Part shown: positions 57,868 to 64,000 of the stretch, in pieces
Position numbering within the stretch: the stretch's first letter is position 1
Layout: each line of letters opens with the position of its first letter
Source of the DNA: Clostridia bacterium
GTDB lineage: Bacteria > Bacillota > Clostridia > Oscillospirales > UBA644
Length of the DNA stretch: 64,000 nucleotides
Assembly (NCBI GenBank): GCA_017934975.1
Contig: JAGBIM010000026.1
Span: 32,457-96,456 of the forward strand
Direction of reading: 5' to 3'
The notes under the pieces: generated by a model
Told to the model about the DNA's origin: nothing
The model's input: the letters and a program-made list of their open reading frames with translations, nothing else
Databases searched by the model: none
Program-made: the position numbers and the translations under genes

Positions 57868-57975
57868 AGCGAAACCGTTATACGTGAGTCTTGCAGTTTA
57901 AAACAAGCCAGACCGTATGGCCATGCATGTTGACTTGTTCCGACGGAAAGAGCCGCTTGCTACTCCCTCACAGTT
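57868..57975 (-). promoter_or_regulatory. yybP-ykoY (Mn2+) riboswitch aptamer
   Basis: The minus-strand RNA reads GUGAG-GGAGUAGC...AACAAGUCAACAUGCAUGG...GGCUUGUUU...CUGCAAGAC-CUCAC. The paired hallmark blocks GGGAGUAGC (5-prime) and GCAAGAC (3-prime) flank a closing helix GUGAG/CUCAC, as in characterised yybP-ykoY elements. Confidence 0.6.
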
Positions 57976-57978
57976 GTT

Positions 57979-58007
57979 ATTATACAATATTTTTTTCCGT
58001 TTGTCAA
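57979..58007 (-). promoter_or_regulatory. Sigma-A promoter of the riboswitch/ATPase transcript
   Basis: On the minus strand: TTGACA (58002-58007), 17 nt, TATAAT (57979-57984). Confidence 0.65.
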
Positions 58008-58088
58008 GGGAATTTTTGGAAGGATTCGTAAAATTTGACAAAAAATTTGCGGTGCAACCGAAGTTGCACCGCAAGCAAAAGGGTTTGA

Positions 58089-59738
58089 TTACTTAATCAG
58101 ACCGTTCTGACGATAGATTTCCAACTGAACGGTGTTGGGAATCATGTAGGTTTCGATTTCAGTATCAACGGTGTGTTCAACCTTTTCCAACAGAGCTGCA
58201 ATAGAAGCAGTGGTGGAGAAGGAAGAGGTGATGCTGGCCCAGATGTTGTCAATGCCGTTGGGCCAGTAGGAGTACTGAAGTCTTGCGCCTTCACGGAACA
58301 AGCAGATAACGTCGATGTCAGAGGTGAAGTAAGTATCACGGTAGTGCTGAATGACGTCACCGTAGGTCTTGATTTCGCCCAGACCCTTGAACAGGTCGTA
58401 CATCAGATAAGCGGTCTGCTGTGCGCTCTGAGCGAAGGTGGGAATGGCGATGGAGTAGCAGTTTTCATAGTAACCGGTCATGGTGTTGGCATCTGCGCCG
58501 GCCCAGGTGATCAGACCGAAGTTGGGAACTTCGGAGGAGATGCAGCCTTCGCCGAAGATGTCCAGAGGACGGGTCAAGCAGAACACGGACTGTCCGGCAA
58601 TGAAGGCGTCGTCTTCCTGCCACTTCGTCCAGGTTTCCTTACCGTTGTTGAAGTACTTGGCGTACACGGAAAGGTTGTTCTTCAGCCACTGGAGAGCTTC
58701 TTCCACGTCTTTGGACATGAGACCGAGAGACCAGTCAACGTCACCGTTGGCGTAAATCTTACCGATTTCAACTACGGTAGCACCGGTGGTCAGAGCGGTA
58801 CCGCGGATCATGTTGCCCAGGTCAGCGGTCATACCCCAGATAGCCATACCGGTCGTATCGTCGTAGCAGGAAGAAATGAGATCCATCATGTTGTCGCGGT
58901 CCCATTCTTCGTTTTCCCAGAATTCCTGAGGATCGGTGATACCGAAGGATTCAACCAGATCCTTGTTGTAAGCAACCTGGAAGAAGGGAAGGGGAGTCGC
59001 TTCAATCCACAGAGCGGGAGAAACGCCGAAGAACTTACCGCCGGACATCATGGTTTCACGAGCGGTGATGTTGCCCCACTTGTTGAAGTCCCAGAAGTTA
59101 ATGATATCGTCAACGGTCAGAAGGTCGACCATCAGGCTGTCTTCCCCGATACCCAGCGTCTTGCGGAGCTGAGCGTTGTTGGAAGAGAAGACCATGTCGC
59201 CGCCGTCGTCTGCAAACTGCAGACCCTGCATTTCGGTAGCAAAGTTGCTGCCGTAAGCGATCTGAGAGAAGACCAGTTCACAGCCGTATTTGGACTGAAC
59301 TTCCACGATGCGGTCTGCAACCTGAGAGCCCAGAGCGGAGTCCTGAGAATACTTAAAGGGAGTGTCGATGGACTCGTGCTGAATGATGGTGTAGATCTTG
59401 TCGGCAAAATCGTCGGCGTTGTGATCTGCGGGCTCGAAGGTGTCTTCGGTCATTTCGGTGTTCGTGGTGAGGTCCTGCGTACCGGTCACGGGAGTGGTGA
59501 TGGTGCTCGTGGAGGTGGGACCTTCACCGGAGCCGGTGTCCTGCGACACGTCGGTGCCGTCGGTGTTTTCCGTGTCCTCGTTGCCGGCTTGGCTGCCGGA
59601 GTTGGGCTTGGCGTTGGAAGTGGTCTTCTTGCTGCCGCTGTCGGTATCGGTGGTTTCACTGCTGCCGCCGCAAGCGACGAGCGCGAACACCATAGCGAGA
59701 ACGAGCAACAGGGAGAACACTCTTCTTGCTGTCTTCAT
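58089..59738 (-). CDS. Extracellular solute-binding lipoprotein (ABC-type, large family-1-like), SBP-1
   Basis: Start at ATG 59738 (RBS agagg). Lipobox VFALVACGG, a long S/T/G/D linker, then a domain of about 450 aa. About 60 percent identical by eye to the neighbouring ORF. Confidence 0.65.
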   Translation of the reverse strand: MKTARRVFSLLLVLAMVFALVACGGSSETTDTDSGSKKTTSNAKPNSGSQAGNEDTENTDGTDVSQDTGSGEGPTSTSTITTPVTGTQDLTTNTEMTEDTFEPADHNADDFADKIYTIIQHESIDTPFKYSQDSALGSQVADRIVEVQSKYGCELVFSQIAYGSNFATEMQGLQFADDGGDMVFSSNNAQLRKTLGIGEDSLMVDLLTVDDIINFWDFNKWGNITARETMMSGGKFFGVSPALWIEATPLPFFQVAYNKDLVESFGITDPQEFWENEEWDRDNMMDLISSCYDDTTGMAIWGMTADLGNMIRGTALTTGATVVEIGKIYANGDVDWSLGLMSKDVEEALQWLKNNLSVYAKYFNNGKETWTKWQEDDAFIAGQSVFCLTRPLDIFGEGCISSEVPNFGLITWAGADANTMTGYYENCYSIAIPTFAQSAQQTAYLMYDLFKGLGEIKTYGDVIQHYRDTYFTSDIDVICLFREGARLQYSYWPNGIDNIWASITSSFSTTASIAALLEKVEHTVDTEIETYMIPNTVQLEIYRQNGLIK

Positions 59739-59796
59739 GTGTGTACCTCTTTTCATAAGATTTCCCCCGAAGGGATTTCGGGGCTATTCTATTGTA

Positions 59797-59825
59797 ATTA
59801 TACCAGTTTTAGGGTCAAATGTCAA
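59797..59825 (-). promoter_or_regulatory. Consensus sigma-A promoter of SBP-1
   Basis: On the minus strand: TTGACA (59820-59825), 17 nt, TATAAT (59797-59802). Followed by a leader hairpin ccccgaa-atccc-ttcgggg. Confidence 0.7.
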
Positions 59826-59929
59826 GTGATTTTTTCAACTCTCGAACTTTCATCACAACAATCGGCGATTTCACCAAATTTCACCGTTTGTTTTTGTGCA
59901 ATTTAACGAGAATTCCCCGAAACTTTTTG

Positions 59930-59970
59930 AACAAAAAAAGAAAAAACGGGCACGGTCGGCGCCGTGCCCG
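59930..59970 (-). terminator. Intrinsic terminator after SBP-2
   Basis: On the minus strand: cgggcacgg-cgccga-ccgtgcccg-ttttttcttttttt. Confidence 0.75.
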
Positions 59971-59984
59971 CTAAAAATTCAAAA

Positions 59985-61625
59985 TTACGGAATCAGACCG
60001 TTCTGGCGGTAGATTTCCAACTGTACGGTATTGGGAACGAGATAGGTCTCCACGGTGGCGGTATCCACGGGGACGCTCTTATCCACGAGGGTGCGGAGCG
60101 AAGAGGAAGTCAACAGATCGGCAGAAACCCGTTTCAGTGCTTCGTCGCCGCCGTTGGGCCAGTAAGAATAGTTGAGTTTTGCCCCGTTCATCAAAAGGAA
60201 CTTCACGTCCAGGTCGGAGGTGAAATAGGTGTCCCGATAATGCTTGACCATATCGCTTGCCGTCTCAATCTCGCCGAGTCCCTTAAAGAGATCGTACATC
60301 AGATACGCGGAATGCTTCGCGTCTTGGGCAAAAATGGGAACCGAAACGGAACAGCAGTTTTCATAAAAGCCCGTCATCGCGTTGGCGTCAACCCCCGCCC
60401 AGGTGATCAGACCGAAGTTATCGTGCTGAACGGAAATATGATTCAGAACCACGGAGGGTGCGGTCAGGGCAAAGAGGGTCTGCCCTTCCAGGAAGGGCTC
60501 GTGGGCGCTCCAGTTGGCCCAGTTGGCCTTACCGTTGTTAAAATATTTTGCATACGCCGTAAGGGAATTTTTCAGCCATTGCAAGGATTCCACCGCTTCG
60601 TCCGAGGCCATGCCGTGGGTCCAGTCCACGGAGCCGTTGGCGTAAATCTTGCCGATTTCCACGGCAGAAACGCCCGAGGAAAGATAGGCGGCACGCACCA
60701 TATGCATCATGGACGCGGTCATACCCCAGACGGGAACGGAGCCCGCCTCATCGTAGCAGGAGGTAACCAGCTCAAGCATGGCGTCCCGATCCCAGGATTC
60801 CTGTTCCCAAAGTTCCTGGGGATCGTCCAGATCAAACTGCTCCAGAAGGGTCTTATTGTAAACGAGATTGTAATAGGGAAGAGGCGTGCGGTTATACCAC
60901 AACGCAGGCGTTACACCGTAGAACACGCCGCCCGACATCATGGTTTCCCGGGAGGTGATATTGCCCCACTTGTTGAAATCCCAGAAATTGATAATATCGT
61001 CCACCGTCAACAGATCCACCATCATGGAATCCGAAGGGCCCGTACCGACGGTTTTGCGCAACTGGGCGTTGTTGGTGGAGAAGATCAGATCTCCCCCGGA
61101 TTCTGCAAACTGCAGCCCTTGAATCTCCGTGGCAAACTGATCGCTGTAAGCCATTTCGGTGAAATAGATGGAGCAACCGTATTTGCTCTGAACCTCATCG
61201 ATGCGGTCCTGCACCAGTTGGGCTTCGCGGGTATCCTGTCCGTAGCCGAAGGGGTCTCCGATCACCTCGTGCTGAATGACGGTGTATTCCTTCCCCGCCA
61301 TTTCTCCGTAAGGGGGCTCCGGCGGCACGAAATCGGAAGGACCGTAGTCCACGATCACGTCCGACCCGTCGGGTTTCTCGGAAGAAACGTCGGAATCCGA
61401 ACCGTCCTCGGGCAAGTCCGAGTCGGAAGGAACCGAAGAATCGGAAGGAAGATCCGAATCCTCCGTGACGGAAGAATCCGCCGAAGGATCCTCCGCAGAG
61501 TCCTTCACGGAGCTTTGGGAAGAGGTTTTTGCATCCGTTTCCGCAGGGGTTTCCCCGCCTGCGCAGGCCACGAGAGAAAGAGCCATCAACAAAACGAGAA
61601 GCAAAGAGAGAATACGTTTTTTCAT
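59985..61625 (-). CDS. Extracellular solute-binding lipoprotein, SBP-2 (paralog of SBP-1)
   Basis: Lipobox LSLVACAGG and an acidic S/D/P linker. Blocks shared with SBP-1: VDLLTVDDIINFWDFNKWGNIT, FGLITWAG, YLMYDLFKGLGEI, VQLEIYRQNGLI. Confidence 0.65.
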   Translation of the reverse strand: MKKRILSLLLVLLMALSLVACAGGETPAETDAKTSSQSSVKDSAEDPSADSSVTEDSDLPSDSSVPSDSDLPEDGSDSDVSSEKPDGSDVIVDYGPSDFVPPEPPYGEMAGKEYTVIQHEVIGDPFGYGQDTREAQLVQDRIDEVQSKYGCSIYFTEMAYSDQFATEIQGLQFAESGGDLIFSTNNAQLRKTVGTGPSDSMMVDLLTVDDIINFWDFNKWGNITSRETMMSGGVFYGVTPALWYNRTPLPYYNLVYNKTLLEQFDLDDPQELWEQESWDRDAMLELVTSCYDEAGSVPVWGMTASMMHMVRAAYLSSGVSAVEIGKIYANGSVDWTHGMASDEAVESLQWLKNSLTAYAKYFNNGKANWANWSAHEPFLEGQTLFALTAPSVVLNHISVQHDNFGLITWAGVDANAMTGFYENCCSVSVPIFAQDAKHSAYLMYDLFKGLGEIETASDMVKHYRDTYFTSDLDVKFLLMNGAKLNYSYWPNGGDEALKRVSADLLTSSSLRTLVDKSVPVDTATVETYLVPNTVQLEIYRQNGLIP

Positions 61626-61651
61626 GCAAACTCACTCCTTAATAAAAAAAA

Positions 61652-62152
61652 TCAATACCCGGAATGAAGCTCGAGAGAAGAATCCTTCAGAACCCATTCC
61701 GACAAAACGTCGATCGTGCGGTATTCGTCCATGGTGTCCCGAATCACGACGGTGGAAATGCCCGCGTTGATAATCAGGCGTTTACACATGGAGCAGGAAT
61801 TGGTGCCGGAAACCACGTCCCCCGTTTTGGGATCGCGGCAGACCATATACAGGGTGGCACCGATCATTTCCTCCCGAGGGGCCACGATAATGGCGTTGGC
61901 CTCCGCGTGAACCGAACGGCAGAGCTCGTAACGCTCTCCGCTGGGAATATTGTGCTTTTCCCGCAGGCACCAGCCCAGGTCGGAGCAGTTCTGTCTTCCG
62001 CGGGGAGCTCCGTTGTACCCCGTGGAAATAATGGTGTCGTTCTTCACGATCACCGCACCGTAGGTTTTCCGCAGGCAGGTACTGCGCTCGCAGACCGTCC
62101 CCGCAATATCGAGATAATAATTGGCTTTTTCGCGGCGAACCACGGCCATCAC
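61652..62152 (-). CDS. Deoxycytidylate (dCMP) deaminase, ComEB-like
   Basis: YYLDIAGTVCERSTC, GYNGAPRG, zinc motifs HAEANAI and CSMCKRLIINAGI. Confidence 0.85.
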   Translation of the reverse strand: MMAVVRREKANYYLDIAGTVCERSTCLRKTYGAVIVKNDTIISTGYNGAPRGRQNCSDLGWCLREKHNIPSGERYELCRSVHAEANAIIVAPREEMIGATLYMVCRDPKTGDVVSGTNSCSMCKRLIINAGISTVVIRDTMDEYRTIDVLSEWVLKDSSLELHSGY

Positions 62153-62239
62153 CCTCTTTCTTTTTTTTCATTTTAACATAGGTAGAGGGATTTTGTCAAG
62201 AACGGGGGCGTTTCGTTGCAAAAATGTTAAAAAAACCGC

Positions 62240-62268
62240 TTGACGAAATCGGTTTTTTATGCGATAAT
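62240..62268 (+). promoter_or_regulatory. Candidate sigma-A promoter of the HD-domain gene
   Basis: TTGACG (62240-62245), 17 nt, GATAAT (62263-62268). If real, it rules out the ORF-track start at 62240. Confidence 0.5.
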
Positions 62269-62314
62269 GAAAGGCGAAAACAAGGCAATCAAAGCAGGAA
62301 GGGAGCACGGTGCC

Positions 62315-63922
62315 GTGGAAACCGATTTTCGCAAGCGTATCAACGGATTCGTCCGTTCCATGACGAAGGATTATACCCCCACCGCCAATAGAGAAAAAAT
62401 CATTCACGATCCCATCTGGGGATCCGTGGTATTTCATCCGTGGGAGGTGCGACTCATCGACTCACCCCTGTTCCAGCGGTTGCGGAGCATCAATCAGGTC
62501 GGTCTGGCGGAATCCACCTATCCCGCCGCCCGCCATTCCCGCTTCGAACACTCTCTGGGAACCGCCGCCGTGGCATCCCGCATGACCGAATGCCTGTTAG
62601 ATCGGGCAAAAAAGCGGAAAGAGCTGCAGCATATCGTGGGAGAAGAGGAGGTTTTGCTTCTCCGCCTTGCGGGCCTTCTGCACGATCTGGGACACGGCCC
62701 TTATTCCCATCTTTCCGAGGCGATTTACGGACGGATGCCCGAATTCGACGAGTTGCGAAGGACGGTTCTGGAGCAAACGGGGCAGGACATCACCCCCTCG
62801 CCCCATGAAATTCTGTCTTACCTCATCGTGGTTTCCGACGCCTTCGTTTCCTTCTTTTTGCGGCAGATCCGCTTCCCCGGAATCCGCACGAGAAAGCAGG
62901 CGGAAGCCCTTCTGCAACGGGCGGCAAACCTCATCGTCGGAGCGGTGAACGTAAACGAAAAGGGCGAAAAGCTCTCCTTTCTGACGGGAATCCTCAACGG
63001 AAATTTCGACGCGGACAAGTTAGACTACACCCAGCGGGACAGCTATACGGCGGGAATCGCTCTGACCTACGGGGTGGAACGGTTTTTGCTGAAGCTGGAT
63101 CTTTGCAAAACCGAAACCGACGGGCAGACCGATTACCGCCTTGCCATCGGAGAAGACGCCCTGTCCACGGTGGAGGAGCTGATCTTCAACCGCTCCATGC
63201 TTTATCATTATATGTACCGTCATCAGAAGGTTCTGGCGGCGGAGGCCCAGATGCGGGACGCGGTCTACGCACTGGTGCAGGCAAAACGCATCACCCATCC
63301 CTGCGATTTTCTCTTTTTGACCAATCAGGACCTGGGACTTTTGTACAAATCCCGCATCCAACCCTTTACCGCCTTCGGAGCAAAAGGAAAAACCCTTGCG
63401 TCCCTCTACGACGCCTTCGGCCGCAGAAGCCTGTCCAAACGGGCCTTTTTGCTGACGCCCCAGAATTTTTCCGAATACGCCGAAGGAGAAGAATCGGCCG
63501 ATTTTCCCGCAGGCGTTACCGCTTATATTGAATTTTTGCGCCGTTGCACCACGGAAGAATACATCGAGGAGCGACAGCGGATCGCGGAGCGCATCGCCGA
63601 CGCCTACCGAAAGCAGGGTCGGGAACCCGATTTCGACGCCTTCGATCTTTCGGTCTCCTTTCAGCCCATGCTGAAAACCGCCCTGCACCTCACCGTCACC
63701 GACAAACACGGCGAAGCGGTGGACGCCTCCCCCGTCATCGAGGGAATCCGTGAATGGACCGACACGCTGAACCGCAGCAAATGGCGGGGATACCTCTTCG
63801 TGGCGCCCCACGTGGATCGGGTTCTTGCGGGAGAGGTTTTCCGGGAATACCTGAAGGAACGCTGCGCGGGGGATCAGATTCCCCTTTATCCCGCAGACGG
63901 AAGCGACGATATTTTTTGCTGA
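62315..63922 (+). CDS. HD-domain dNTP-triphosphohydrolase-like protein (SAMHD1/dGTPase superfamily)
   Basis: The start is uncertain: GTG 62315 after ggaagggag, or ATG 62360. IHDPIWG, SRFEHSLGT, LLHDLGHGPYSH, DADKLDYTQRDSYTAGI. Confidence 0.75.
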   Translation: METDFRKRINGFVRSMTKDYTPTANREKIIHDPIWGSVVFHPWEVRLIDSPLFQRLRSINQVGLAESTYPAARHSRFEHSLGTAAVASRMTECLLDRAKKRKELQHIVGEEEVLLLRLAGLLHDLGHGPYSHLSEAIYGRMPEFDELRRTVLEQTGQDITPSPHEILSYLIVVSDAFVSFFLRQIRFPGIRTRKQAEALLQRAANLIVGAVNVNEKGEKLSFLTGILNGNFDADKLDYTQRDSYTAGIALTYGVERFLLKLDLCKTETDGQTDYRLAIGEDALSTVEELIFNRSMLYHYMYRHQKVLAAEAQMRDAVYALVQAKRITHPCDFLFLTNQDLGLLYKSRIQPFTAFGAKGKTLASLYDAFGRRSLSKRAFLLTPQNFSEYAEGEESADFPAGVTAYIEFLRRCTTEEYIEERQRIAERIADAYRKQGREPDFDAFDLSVSFQPMLKTALHLTVTDKHGEAVDASPVIEGIREWTDTLNRSKWRGYLFVAPHVDRVLAGEVFREYLKERCAGDQIPLYPADGSDDIFC

Positions 63923-63941
63923 CAGGAGCAACTGACGATCT

Positions 63942-64000
63942 ATGAAATACCTTTGGAAACAATACGCCTGCGCCTTACTGGCCGCCCTGATCTGGGGAAC
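63942..64000 (+). CDS. 5-prime end of a membrane protein gene (runs off the window; possibly EamA/DMT-like)
   Basis: ATG 63942, MKYLWKQYACALLAALIWG... Only 19 codons are visible and the RBS spacing is long. Confidence 0.3.
   Translation, partial: MKYLWKQYACALLAALIWG

Overview
This is a chromosomal window from a Gram-positive anaerobe that looks Clostridia-like. Supporting evidence: yybS-gdpP-rplI-dnaB-tilS-ftsH synteny, CIRCE in front of groES-groEL, a dockerin-bearing protein, and sigma-A type TTGACA/TATAAT promoters. Most of the window is housekeeping: groESL, the replicative helicase block, ftsH, queG, htrA, asnA plus type III glnA, hpt, a complete nine-gene F-type ATP synthase operon, one tRNA-Val and several peptidases. 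I found no recognisable defence system, CRISPR array, integrase, transposase or prophage, so the novel content may be modest.

Regions I consider worth a second look:
1. A five-gene minus-strand operon (20.4-29.7 kb). It encodes a GLUG/beta-helix dockerin protein followed by four paralogous secreted metallophosphoesterases with C-terminal membrane anchors. The anchor-encoding tracts show signs of concerted evolution.
2. Two non-coding arrays (40.1-40.3 kb and 54.5-54.9 kb). In each, a heptamer (GCGATAT or GTGAAAT) occurs about four times forward and then about four times inverted, with short tetraloop hairpins as spacers. Each array sits beside a visibly AT-richer small ORF, and one lies directly 3-prime of tRNA-Val.
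3. Sodium-bioenergetics signatures: a two-carboxylate Na+ motif in the ATP synthase c subunit, a truncated epsilon subunit, and an orphan Na+-decarboxylase beta subunit.
4. A yybP-ykoY (Mn2+) riboswitch in front of a Ca-type P-type ATPase, and a cobalamin riboswitch in front of a DUF4430 lipoprotein plus a lone ECF S-component.
5. A ten-gene co-directional hydrolase cluster headed by a blasticidin-S-deaminase-like gene.

All functional calls come from reading motifs in the supplied translations and from visual family recognition. No searches, folds or composition statistics were run. Start codons that I moved from the ORF track are justified by RBS spacing and are provisional.
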